A stretch of 64,000 nt of DNA from NCBI RefSeq assembly GCF_009914755.1, contig NC_060928.1, one strand, 5' to 3'. Positions within the stretch are counted from its first letter, which is position 1, and every line of letters begins with the position of its first letter. The position numbers and the translations under genes are program-made. Under the pieces are notes generated by a model, which was not told where the DNA came from, did not search any database, and saw nothing but the letters and a program-made list of their open reading frames with translations. The DNA is from the human T2T-CHM13v2.0 reference genome, Homo sapiens. This document shows, piece after piece, positions 15,237 to 28,172 of this stretch.

Positions 15237-15475
15237 TTAACCTGAGTTATACATTTTTTAATACATTTATTTTTTTTCCCAGTCCTTGATCTTTTTCATA
15301 GGTCAACACTGCTTTATCATTAATGTTTCAGAAATACTGCTTTGTAATATGTATACCTGCTAAATTAAATAATTTTTCAATAAATTATTTTCTGCCATTA
15401 TACCCATTGTAATTTCCCATTCCCTTTTTGTTCTTCTGTAAAAATACAAATTTGTCCAATATACAAGATATTTTT

Positions 15476-15554
15476 TATAAACCCTAGAATTTATAAAATT
15501 CTAGGATTTATAGAATTTATAAAAATCCTAGAATTTTTTATAAATCCTAGAATT
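15476..15554. repeat. Cluster of direct and inverted copies of tataaatcctagaattt
   Basis: Forward copies 15476-92, 15523-36, 15539-54; reverse-complement copy 15496-15512. Confidence 0.9.
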
Positions 15555-16040
15555 CTTTCTGTGCTTTCAAAGTTTATCTAGCTAGTTACACTAATAGAAC
15601 TAAGACATATTCTCCTACTCAGCAAACACTTGTTCCAACCCAATCCATAAACTCTGATTTAAATATATATTAAAATAAATGAATCTGACTTATTATAAAA
15701 TGGTATAATAGCTTATTAAATTAAACAATTTGTAAAAGCAAATAAAATAATCATTTAACCTTAAGTATTTAGACAGTAGTATTTTCCTCCCATAAAGCAG
15801 TGGTTTTCAAATATGTGCTCTAGAAGAACCACACGAAATAGAAATGTGTCTCTATATGATTTTCACATGCCTACTTTCTCGGTTGAGAATTTCTGTTATA
15901 AAGTATGATGGTTATTATTGTGAATACCTCTCTCAGTTGGATTGCATAATTTAAATTTTAATTTCCTGTGGCTCATAACGTTATACAGTATTGACTTTGT
16001 CGTGTTAATGCACTCTTTTCATGGAATTGTTGGTGGTATG

Positions 16041-16404
16041 TGATATGGTTTGGCTCTGTGTCCCCACCCAAATCTCATCTTGAATTGTAACCCCTTGAAT
16101 CCTCACATGTTATGGGAAGGACCTGGCGGTAGGTAATTGAACCATGGGGACTGTTTCCCTCATGCTATTCTTGTGATAGTGAGTGCGTTCTCATGAGATC
16201 TGATGGTTTTATAAGCGTCTGGTATTTCCCCTGCTGGCATTCGTTTTTCCTTCGGCCACCCTGTGAAGAGGTGACTTCTGCCATGATTGTAAGTTTCCTG
16301 AGACCTCCCAAGACATGCAGAACTGTGAGTCAATTAAACTTCTTCTCTGTAAATTACCCAGTCTCAGGTATTTTCCTATAGCAATGTGAGAATGGACTAA
16401 TGCA
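16041..16404 (+). mobile_element. THE1D-like MaLR solo LTR
   Basis: tgatatggtttggctctgtgtccccacccaaatctcatc...ctgtgagtcaattaaac...ggactaatgca; degenerate 5-bp TSD gtatg/gcgtg. Confidence 0.93.
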
Positions 16405-16994
16405 GCGTGATTTTAAAGAAATATGTAAAAATGACCATCTTGTTTTATTTATTTAATATAGATTTACCTACAGAAAATAATTTTATAGATGCATAATATT
16501 TTGCAGTATACTGCTGCAGTACATAAAATTTAGCCCTTCCTTTATGAAAGCACATGGTATCTCTTTCCATAAACACCTGAGAAAATGCCATTGCTATTTA
16601 TTTACTGAAATTTATAAACAAGGGTGATTGATTGCTAGTACCCCAAGAAAAAAAAATATGTGCTATAGTGCTTTCCAGTAAAAACAAAACCAGAGACAAA
16701 TTCGTGAGCAGCTGAAATGGAAAGGCATAATTTCATGAGAAATAATAAGGCCTCACAAATCAATACCAGGATTCAAACACTTAGACAAATATTGGACAAT
16801 ATAAACTGCAGCTGGAAGCATTGCATAATTATTAAATTTGGGTTATAAAATTGAAATGGACCTAGAAATATACAACCCCCTTTCAATTAAACCAAGTGTG
16901 GCACTGAGAATAAAAGCTCATGGATTTCTTCTCCTAGTCTTGTGTACATACATTTTCTTAATTCTGCTTAGATAGTATGGGAAGCATTCTAAAC

Positions 16995-17200
16995 CAGTGG
17001 TTGTCAACCAAGTGTCATGATTCCTTTCAGAGGAGATTTGGAAATGTCTGAAGAGATGTTTGGTTGTCATGACTTGGGATGGGGGTGCTACTGAAATCTA
17101 GTCGGCAGAGGTCATAGAGGCAGTTAAACAATGTGTATAGGATAGTACCCCACAACAAATGATTATTGTTGCTAAATACGTAGTCATCCCGGGAACAACT
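16995..17200 (+). mobile_element. MER20 (hAT-Charlie MITE)
   Basis: cagtggttgtcaacc...tttggaaatgtctgaagagatgtttggttgtcatgacttggg...ccccacaacaaatgattat. Confidence 0.85.
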
Positions 17201-18473
17201 CATTTTGGTCTTCAAATGAAAAGACAATTACTCCACCCTGCTTTTTTCTACTTTTTCCCTTAATTTCTTTTTAAAGTGTTATCACACGATACCTAATTTT
17301 CCACTAAATATATGCATATGTTTATACAAGCATAAAAATATACACGTTTTTAAGAAGCTTAATCGCCATTTTAAAGTAAATGTTTTATAATTTTTTGTTG
17401 AACTACAACTTCACGTCTATTTGATTGCAAGAAAACTGTGATTTTACTTAAGTGGGCTGAGTAGTATTCAGAATCATTTTATTTAATTGAATCATACAAC
17501 ATGTGGCCTTTTCTGTCTAGATTTGTTCCCTTAGCATGCTATTGAGATGCATTCATGTTTCCGTGTGTATCAATAGTACCTTCCATTTTATTGTAAATAT
17601 TAGCCTTTTGTAAGAATGTAATGCAATTTTTCTATCCATTCTCCTATTTACATAAATTTAGATTATTTTCAATTGTTAGCTGAAGAGTAAAGCTGCTGTG
17701 AACATTCATGTATATGTCTTTACACAGGGAAATCTTATTTCTCTTCAGGAAGTAATTAAGAGTAAAACTGTTATGTCAATAGTAAGTGCATGTTTAACTG
17801 AATAAGAAGCTGCCAAATCATTTTCCAAATTGACTGTAGTATTTCATATCCACCATCAATGCATGAGTGTTCTGGTTGCTTTGTATCTTTCCCAACTTTG
17901 CTATTTCTCATATTAAAGCATGTGCAGTTATATCTAATTGTATTAATTTGCTCTTCCCTATGATTAATAATTTTAGAATTTTTCCAGATACTTATATGTC
18001 ATTTTTATTTTCTTCTATAAAATGCCCAATCAACTTTTAGTCCATCTTTAGTTTTTTATTCATCTTAGTCTTGAACATCAAGTTTATTTTATAAAGGTTT
18101 TACACTTTCTCAGCTATAGATGAAGGAAATCTATCTTTCCAGCCTATAAATTGTTTTTCTTTTCTGTAAAGCTGTCTTATTTAGAGAAGAAAATGTTAAT
18201 ACTGATGGCATTCAATTTATCCTTTTTTTCTACTATAGTTGTTTTATATGTCCTGTCTATGAAATTTTTGCCCATTCTAAGATCATGAATATATTGTATG
18301 TTTTCTGCTAGAAGTTTTATCACTTCAACTTTAAAATACAGATCTGTGACCTATTCAAAATTAATCTCTACATATTATTTCAAACAGGGATCAATATTTT
18401 TTAATATGAATTTCAAGTTGTTAGAGGAAAAAAAAATATTTAACACTTTTCAGGTATTGGTAGGACATATACA

Positions 18474-18710
18474 CAGCTAGAGTGTCCCCATTTCAAAAAT
18501 TTGAAATTCAGAATGCTCCAGTACCTGAAACTTTTTGAGCTCTGATGTGATGCTCAAAGGAAATGTTTATTGGAGCATTTCAGATTTTTGATTTTCAGAC
18601 TAGGGATGCTCTACCGGGTAAATATAATGCAAATTTAACCAAATCTGTAAAAAATTGAAATCTGAAGGACTTTTGGTTCCAAGCGCTTTGGATAAGTAAT
18701 AGTCAACCTG
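18474..18710 (+). mobile_element. Tigger4a (MER46A-type) MITE
   Basis: About 237 bp; gaatgctccag...aactttttgagc...ctcaaaggaaatgtttattggagcatttcag...gtcaacctg followed by TA. Confidence 0.88.
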
Positions 18711-19084
18711 TATTAGGTTATTTTCTTTAATTATTTACTCTGTTTCATTAAGCTAAAAATCTATTTTTACAAGAATAACACAGAGCCATGATAGTATAGT
18801 CAAACTGAAATTTGAATTTAGGAACTAAGTTATAAGTTTTTCTTTTCATTTTAAAAATATGTTTAGCTATTTTGGGTCTCCTGCATTCTCTTATAAATTT
18901 TAGATTTTTTTTGATATTACATAGGAAAGAAATCTGCTCAAAATTTGACTGGGATATTTTTTAAATTTACTGATCTATTTTTGTAATGTTGCTATGTTAA
19001 CACTTTTGAGTTTTTCAATCAATAACAGAGGTGCACTTCGTATTTTGGCCTTCTATACTATGTCGATAAAATTTTTCTCCTCTT

Positions 19085-19445
<361 letters not shown>

Positions 19446-20063
19446 TCAATTTTATCACAAAATATTTTGTATATATTAATGTTATTGTAAAAGCACTAAT
19501 TTTTAAAGTTTATTTTGAAACTTAATGTTGCCAGTATATAAAAATACAATTCTCTGTTTATGTTGACCATGTATAAGACAACTGTTCTAAATTTAAAATT
19601 GCTTTTAGTTGATTTTTTTAAAGATTCCTTAATGTTTCTACATAATAATTACATTGTCTTTGTATAAACACAATTTTACACTATGCTTGCAAAAGTATAT
19701 ACTTTTTATTTCATTTTTCTCCATAATATTTTGCTAAGATCTTTAGTACAAGAATGAGAGTAATCATAGAGAGCAACTTCATAACCAACTTTAGCTTCCT
19801 TGGTTTAATCCTACTTAGTGATGATACTGTAAGCTTGTGGTATACAGTTGCATTCGATATGCTAATATGTTGTTAAGAATTTTGCTTCTATGATTGTGAT
19901 GGATATATCTATATAATTTTCTTTTTTTGAAGGAAGTACTTTTTGTGTGGTTTAATATTAATTTAAATTTGATCCATGCAATGGGTTGAGGAGTGTTGCT
20001 CTACTTTCCTGTATGCTGAAATTTTATGGAAGGCTGTACGTATTACTTTTTTACTGTTTAATA

Positions 20064-21332
20064 TTAGGTTGGTTGGTTCAAAAGCAATTGCAGTTTCAGG
20101 CCGAGAATTTTAAGTCATTATAACTAGGCTCAAACACATCTTTATTAATCAAAAAAGAAACCATTACAATCAATGCATTTGTACCAACGAGAAACAATTT
20201 TTTTCCTGTAGCATAAATATGATGCTTCGGGATACAATGAACTCTTGGAAAGTATTTTCTGCATTCTGCTAGTTTTGGAAGCATTTTCCCTGCAAAAAGT
20301 TGTCACGATGCTTGAAAAAGTGGTTTACAATTGGCAAGCGGTCAGGTGAATATGGAGGATGAGAAAAAATTTTGTAGTCCAATTTGTTCAACCTTTGAAG
20401 TGTTTGTTGTGTGACGCTCAGTTGGGCGTTGTTGAGGAGAATTAGGCTTTTTCTGTTGACGAATTCTGGCTGCAGGCACTGCAGTTTTTGTTGCATCTCA
20501 TCGATTTACTGAGCATACTTCACAGAGGTAATGGTTTCACTGGGATTCAGAAAGCCATAGTGGATCAGAGCAGCAGCAGACCACCAAACAGTGACCATGA
20601 CCTTTTTTGGTACAAGTTTAGCTTTGGGAAGTGCTTTGGAGCTTCTTCTCATTCCAACCACCAAGCTGGTCATCCCTGCTTATCGTATAAAGTCCACTTT
20701 TTGTTGCACGTCACAATCCAATTGAAAAATGGTTTGTTGTTGTTGCGCAGAATAAGAAAAGATGACACTTAAAAAGGACGATTTTTAAAATTTTCATTCT
20801 GCTCATGAGGCACCCACTTAGTGAGCTTTTTCACCTTTCCAATTTGCTTCAAATGCTGAATGACCATAGAATGGTCGACGTTGAGTTCTTCGGCAACTTC
20901 TTGTGTAGTTATGAGAGCATTAGCTTCATTGATTGCTCTCGATTGGTGGTTGTCAACTTCCCATGGCTGGCCGCTATGCTCCTAATCTTCAAGGCTCTCG
21001 TGTCCTTTGCAAAACTTCTTGAACCACTACTGCACTGTATCTTCATGAGCAGTTCCTGGGCAAATGCGTTGTTGATATTGTGTGTTGTCTCTGCTGCTAT
21101 ATGACCCATTTTGAACTCGAATAAGAAATTCGTTTGAATTTGGTTTGTTTCCAACATTATTTCCATATTATAAAATAAACATAAAATAATAGCAAGAAAT
21201 AAGTCATTAGCCAAAAAAAAGCGAGAAATGCCCATTAAAATGATGTATAACATAACCACATTTAAGAATGTATTCCAATATCAAATGGCAAATTCCAATG
21301 CAAAAACTGCAATTACTTTTGCCCTCATCGAA
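20064..21332 (-). mobile_element. Hsmar1 mariner DNA transposon, full length (about 1.27 kb), inactive
   Basis: TIRs ttaggttggttggttcaaaagcaattgcagttt and caaaaactgcaattacttttgccctcatcgaa; TA dinucleotides at 20062-63 and 21333-34; internal transposase homology. Confidence 0.96.
20145..21166 (-). pseudogene. Hsmar1 transposase pseudogene (SETMAR-related mariner D,D34D family)
   Basis: MEIMLETNQIQTNFLFEFKMGHIAAETTHNINNAF N-terminus, KWVPHE, HPPYSPD, HFFKH motifs; frameshifted; ATG at 21166, TAA at 20147-20145. Confidence 0.93.
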
Positions 21333-21619
21333 TAGATTTTAACTGACAAAGAAAAACCTGTCTTGAATTCTCTTTGTAGGAAGGCTTTCATTGCAGATAT
21401 GATTTAATGAGTTGATATAGGATTGTTGTTAAGTCTTTTTATTCTTGTTTCAATTTTGGTCATTGTATCTTTCAAAGAACTGGTGCATTTTATCTTAGTT
21501 TAAGCTTATTGGCATTACTTTATAATAATAACATTACCTGATTATCATTTTGAATGTATTTAACCTCTGAACTGATGTCCATCACTCATTTCAAATACTA
21601 CTAAACTGTGTTTTCACAC

Positions 21620-21783
21620 TTTTTATTATTAATTTTTATTTATTTTATTTGAGATGGAATCTCGCTTTGTCACCCAAGCTGGAGTGAAGTGGTATGATCT
21701 TGACTCACTGCATCCTCCACCTCCCAAGTTCAAGTAGTTCTCCTGCCTTAGCCTCCCGAGTAGCTGGGATTACATGTGCCTGT
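21620..21783 (-). mobile_element. Truncated Alu (right arm only)
   Basis: T-rich tail, then gagatggaatctcgctttgtcacccaagctggagtg...gtagctgggattacatgtgcc, stopping abruptly. Confidence 0.9.
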
Positions 21784-22145
21784 AGAAAATTATCAATATG
21801 ATAATTACAAAATTATCAGTAGGATTATTTTCAAATAATAAAATTTTAGTTTCATTGATTTTTCATTGCTTTACTAGAATTTATTATTAATATTGTTTTT
21901 GCTTTGTCATTTTTTAATATTCATCCTCTCTTCATTATTTTTATGGATCTGAAATTTTTTCAGATACAATATTTTTTAAGCCTGAAAACCTTTTAATATT
22001 TCTTATCATTTGAGTCTACTGACCACAAATTGTTTGATCTTTGTTTGCTTTCATTTTTTAGTTTTTAATTGTACTTTCATTGAATATAGAATGTTACATT
22101 CATATTTATTTATTTCAACACTTGTATAATTAGTTCCATTATCTC

Positions 22146-22448
22146 TTTTGTTGCTGTTGTTTATTTGAGACAGAGTCTTGCTGTGTTGCCCAGGATGGAG
22201 TGCAGTGGCATGACCTGGACCCACTGCAACTTCCACCCACCGGGTTCAAGTAATTTTTGTGCCTGGGCCTCTGAAGTAGCTGGGACTACAGATGTGCACC
22301 ACCATGCCTGGCTAATTTTTGTATTTTTAGTAGAGACAAGCTTTTGTTATGTTGGCCAGCCTGGTCTCAAACTCCTGACCTCAAGCACTGAGCCTGCCTC
22401 GGCCTCCCAAAGTACTGGGATTACAGGTGTGTGCCACCATGCCTGGCT
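22146..22448 (-). mobile_element. Alu (older J/S-type)
   Basis: Full dimer antisense with (TTG)n-type tail. Confidence 0.94.
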
Positions 22449-24479
22449 GTATTTTCTTCTGATTGACATCGTTTCTTCCCTCTAATGCAGTATGTCTTTA
22501 TGTTACTATTGTTAATGTCTATCTTTAAGTTTCTTATCACTGCTTTTAAATATCTTGAGCCTTGATATGGTTTTCTTTATCATACATAAAGTTTTTGAGC
22601 TTCTTGAAAATTTTAGTTTAGATTTTGTATTAAAATTGAATGAATTTTCGTTGTGATTTCTTCAGGGATTTTCTTGCTTTCTCTCCCCACCCCTACCCCA
22701 TAAGCTCAAATTATTTGTATTGTAGATTGCCTTTTTTTCTCACAGGCTACTAAAATTCTGGTAAGATTATTTAATTTTTTTCTGGGCTTCATTTTATATA
22801 TTTTCTTTTGCATTCTCTTCAAAAACCTATTGTTGGTTTTGTAGCATCTAATCTTCTGTTCAATACAAATGGTGGATTTTTCATTTCAGGTATTTTATTT
22901 TTTAGTTCTAAAAATTCTAATTATTTTCTTTCTATACTTTGTTATGTTCATGTTATTCTTATTCTATATTCCTGTGATTCTATTCTTATGACTTCTATTT
23001 CCATAAATACATATAAATATTGCCAGCAGCTTCTTTATAGCATTTGTACGATAATTTGATCATCTTTGCTGCTTCAGATTCTATTTTTATCAACTCAATT
23101 GTTTTTCTTATTACAGGTTTAATTTTCCTACTTCTTGGCATATCTAATAATTTTCCAATGGGTAACGAATATTGTGAACACTATGTTATTGAGGACATAG
23201 GTTTTCTTGTCTAGCTTTAAAAATGATGAGTTTTATTCTCTCAGATAATGTTCTTGTGTATAATCTTCATTTTAAATATTATTAGTTTAGGACTAGAGTA
23301 AACATTTTATTCTAGCATTGTTTTTTGACCTCATTGTTTAAAAACTGCCTGCCTGGTGTTTTTGTTGAATGTGTTAAATGTTCAGGGAGGTATTTCTACC
23401 TTGTATAGTCAGAATCTGAACATCTCTCAATCATGTGTGAGTTCTGGAAGATCTTTGACTTACAGCTTCTCATTAGTTAACCAATTTCTAGTTGTTCTCT
23501 GGTCAGCTTGTTAGAGCCTCATCATATGCATGTCTGGATTTATATTCAGCCAAAGATTAAAAATAATGCATCTTTTTGGAGCTATTTCTTTGGAACTTCC
23601 CGTAAAGCTCTTTCCATTTCTACGCCCTGTAAATTCCAGTTGTGTTTCCCACCCCTTTCTCAGCTACAATCTCTTCTCCTTACCTAACCAAGGCTTCAGG
23701 ATCCTTTTGGTTTCTTTTTGACTTTATTATAGTCTTGAAAGTTCCTTCACACAGAAAGCCAGATTGTTCACAGGACTCACCTTGCTTTTTTTTCTTTTTC
23801 TCCTAGTGTCATAGTCCTGTTTTGTTTCTTTTCAAAATTTTTAGAGTTTCATATATTTTGTACGATTTTTTAGGCTGCTTTTGTTTGTTTTTATGACAGT
23901 CTGGTTTCAGTTGCTGTAACATGTCAGGACTTCAGGACATATAATTTAATGTATAAAGAAGAATTTAAGGTTATATTATCCAAGAGGTAGGCTAAGTAAT
24001 TTACAGCTAGTATCCCATTTAACCCTGAAAAACATGCTAGGATATTCTATTTTTCTCAATTATTTCCATAAAACAGGAAAGAAAAAGGAGAGGGAAAAAA
24101 AGTGACAAAAACACTTATGAATATTTTAAGTGAATGCTGGAGAATTTCAGAAAGGCTGTATTCAGGATTAGATCAGTGGAGGAAAAAAAGATAAAGAAGA
24201 GAATAAACAAATGTGCATAAGATCATGATTTCATAGAATTTTTAATAATAACTTCATTTTCTCTGGCAAGGGGTTCAGAAATAATGTGATGTAAGGTAAA
24301 TCCCAGGAAGTATATGACACTTAAACTATAGAAATAATTGAATATCAGCTTAAGGAAGCTGCTTTTTATTGTTTTTAAGAAGTAAAATTCCATTAATGGA
24401 TCTTTCTGGTAGTCCTTCGAATGACTTTGTCCACCAATTTATGTTGGAAATAGCTTTCATATGCATCTCTTCAGTGCTG

Positions 24480-24843
24480 GGACAGTGACTTTGTCTCTGT
24501 GTCCCCATCCAAACCTCATGTTGAATTGTATCCCCAGTGTTGGAAGAGGGACCTGGCGGGAGTTTATTTAATCATGGGGTGAACTTTCTCTATGATGTTC
24601 TCATGAGATCTGGTTGTTTGAAAGTTTATAGTGCTTCCCCCTTTTTTTCTCTCTCTTTCCTGCTGGCCATGTGAACACATGCTTGTTTCCCCTTTGCCTT
24701 CTGCCATGACTAAGTTTCCTGAGGCCTTCCCAGGCATGCCTCTTGTATAGCCCGCAGAGCTTTGAGTCAATTGAACCTCTTTTCTTCATAAATTACAAAG
24801 TCTCGGGTAGTAGTATATAGCAGCATGAGAACAAACTAACACA
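24480..24843 (+). mobile_element. MSTA-like MaLR solo LTR
   Basis: ctctgtgtccccatccaaacctcatgttgaattgtatccccagtgttggaag...tgagtcaattgaacctcttttcttcataaattac...ctaacaca. Confidence 0.9.
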
Positions 24844-26559
24844 GGCAAGAAAATGTATATCTCCAGCTCTGGCTTTTGTTATGCCTGGAATATGCTCTTT
24901 CTGGGGAGTTCACAAATAATTCTGACAACAGTAGTTTGAGGGAAAGGTAATCAGTTCCAGATTAGAAGTTTTGTATGTTGAGTACAAAGCTTCTGGCATT
25001 GCTTTTTAGAATCAGAACAGAATTGGCAATATGGCAAACAGGTTATATTTTGGAAATAAACTATGTTCTGATTGACTGGTAAAACATGTTGATTGTAGTT
25101 CAAATCATTAGAAATAGTATAATTAGAACGGGCAAACTCTTTGTTTTGCATTGTCATACATTGACTCTTCATATTATCAAATAGAAAAAAATATATTTTA
25201 GCTATCTATGATGAGTAGAAATTAAATTCGTCATGGCATCTTACCTTGTCAAGGGACATACATATATCACTCCCAGTTACATGGCAAATGTAGATGCCAA
25301 TTGAGCACAACAGTGGTAACCTTTTTAAATTGTGAAACTAAATGTTATCCAGAACACTGGATAAAAAATCAATTCTGCTACCCCTTAGGGTGTTTAACAT
25401 GGAATGAATTTCATTACCAATTCAGATAAGCATAAAAATAGAGAACTTATTGGTTCTCTAGGGGTGTTTGTATCCCAAAAAGATTCCATTAAAGCTATGA
25501 TGATGGCCAGGAAGTGACAAAAACATTTATGGAATTTTTTTTTTTTTTTTGCTCCAAATATATATGTAGTTTAACCATTATGCAGGATTTTGGAGGAATA
25601 AATCACTTACCCTGTGAATGCACCCAAGGTGTGCAGGTGTTACCAAATTTAATTTTTCTCATTGAATCCCTCATTGGTTGTTGTTTATGTGTTAAAATAT
25701 TTTGCTTACAGCTCTCTAATAACATTTAACATGCTTTATATCTTTCATTATTCACTGTAGCTCAATTCTTGGGAAAAATTATCTATTTTTATGGAAGAAA
25801 AATAAGAAAGTAAACTCTATCTACTGAAGAGCCACCAATTACTGAACTATTTGATGTGTTACTTTTGTTTTTCCTAAATAATCAATATGATTTCAGTGGG
25901 AAATAATTTATTCGGCTGTATATAGGAAGCACAGAGAATTGATTAGCTATTTTGCAATAGCCTTTGTACTTTGAAAACTGTCAAGAACTGGCTGTTTTAG
26001 ACATTGGCAGGAGAGACCACAAGGTGCCTTCATTTGTTTGTCTGTCTAGTTGCTGCTTGAACAGCTGTAGTGTCTTTTAGTGATTCTTGTTTTCCTATGA
26101 CAGCATTGCAATGCAATCTCTTTTTCTGGGCATGATTCAAATAATCATGCTTTAATTTCACAAAGGCTAATAATTTGGCTTCATAAATTAGACAACTAGT
26201 GGCACCTTAGCACTACATCTATAGAACTAGTAATCATAGCCCCCAAATTTCCCAGATGTCTGCAAGCTTGTGCTGCCATTTGATAAACATCATCTTCATT
26301 GTCATTTAACTCTACCTTACCTTAATTTCATTATTTTTCTTGAAAATGAGGTGCTTTTGGAATTAGAAATTTGAAGCAGCAATGTGGGAAAACAAAATGT
26401 TAAGTATGAAAAACATAATTGTGGTGTTATGAGGGTTTCTTTTTTTTTTTTTTTTTTTACCTTTTTAGGTTCTGCCTTCAATGAAATTAATGCTTTTACC
26501 TAAGACTTATGTTTAGTATAATGGCTCTGAATGAGTCCCCCTGGCCAGGTGACATCATT

Positions 26560-26730
26560 TCAAGATGAGACTCATTTTTAGCTCCACTAGAACTTGCTTG
26601 GCGACCTTGAATAAGCTACTTAACCTCTCATTGACTTATTTTTATCTCCTGCAAATTGGATATAATAGGTTCAGCCTCCCTCATGATGATACTGAAAGAT
26701 AGTTAACATAATATTTTAAAAATGCTTTAG
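26560..26730 (+). mobile_element. MIR
   Basis: gaccttgaataagctacttaacctctc...tctcctgcaaattggatataatag core. Confidence 0.75.
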
Positions 26731-28137
26731 GACCCCAAGGAACCATGCTGTAAGAGAGCCGTTGTATTGGAAGTCAGACCCTAGACCACCCTTGCAACAC
26801 TTAAATTGTATCATTTATGCACATCTAGATTGACCTCAGTCCATTTTAACTTTAAAAGTATCTCTTAAAGATTCTTGGCCAATTTGAAATTACCTTTCCG
26901 TAAAACATTCAGTGTATGATGAGATTTGCCAACCCTGGAGAAATTACAGATTTTTATTAAAAATATCAAGTCCAGAGACTTTTAAAAAATATTTTAAGCA
27001 TTGAATTAAAAATAGATGAAGCAAATTGATAAAATTATTTGAAGTTCAGAGAAAATATAGTAGATAATAAGGCCTTCTTTCCAAGGTGTACTATTGAAAG
27101 TGTCCACCTTAAAATGTTTCAGTTAGTAGTTGAAAGTATTATTTTTAAATTCTTTGAATATAATTTTTCTTCCTCATTTTACTCATAGTGCACTTTTAAC
27201 TGTAGCAAAATTTTCTTAGATTTTCCCTACATTTGGTATAACTTCTTTTCCTATTTCGACCATTGTCATACTTTTTTACTAATCAAAAGTGCTAGGAATA
27301 ATTTGTTATTACTATTTCTTTGCAGATCAAAATTATATCTACTTTTTTCTGTGTTATTAAAATAGATGCATTAAGATATACTGTATCACCACGTTCACTA
27401 AAAACAGTGACAGGATCAACCAAAGCTTTTATTTTTCCACTTTCTTTGTTTTCATTCTTCACATTTGGAATCTAAAGTACAATATGCTTTGCTCAAATTA
27501 ACTTTTGTTCACTTCCCAAAAACAAATATATCCCAGAAATAAGCATCCTTGAGCATATTGCAGTGAATGCCCTGGGAGATCTGAAAACATTTTTTAAAGA
27601 AGAGTTTGTAAACCTTTTTTTGAATAATTATAAGTCCTGTAATATGGACTCTTACATATCCTGTTAAATTAAAATGACAATTTCTTAAGAGATTTCAGCC
27701 TAGGAGACATTTGATAGCGTCATGGAAAACACCAGAATGGAAGGCTTTACTATATTTCTTATGAGCCATAATCTGGAAACTTTCCTTTTACCAAGACTTT
27801 TTATTGAAGTTCAGGCATCACTCATATTTGCACATCATAGAGAAGTCCGTCACAAACCTTTGGAACCTGTGGAAGATATTCTACATGGCACACATTGGAG
27901 AAAAATGGTCCTTAATTTACAACATTGAACAGTTCTGTGAAGTCATTCTGTATATTTTATTGGGGTATTTAATCTATTTACATTCAAGGTAATTATTGAT
28001 AGGTAAGGACTTGCTACTGCCATTTCAGAACTTGTTTTCTGATATATTTTTTAAGTCCTATGTTTTTTTGTATTTTTTTTTTCATTTTTATTTTTTCCTT
28101 CATGGTTTGTTTGATTTTTGTGGTGGAATGCTTTGAA

Positions 28138-28139
<2 letters not shown>

Positions 28140-28171
<32 letters not shown>

Positions 28172-28172
28172 C
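28140..28172. repeat. (TG)n microsatellite
   Basis: Seen directly. Confidence 0.95.

Noticed and set aside
15476-15554. CRISPR-like repeat array
   Set aside because: Mixed orientation, no unique spacers, no cas genes, and a primate genomic context.
16130-16146. DUX4 site in the THE1D LTR
   Set aside because: Reads taattgaacca rather than the TAATTGAATCA consensus, so probably inactivated.
20096-21259. Possible active transposase or SETMAR-like gene
   Set aside because: Split across frames, catalytic aspartates substituted, and no SET-domain exons nearby.
27722-27992. Two short ORFs in unique sequence next to the L1 break, possible pseudogene fragment
   Set aside because: No recognisable protein similarity, poly-A tail or TSD.
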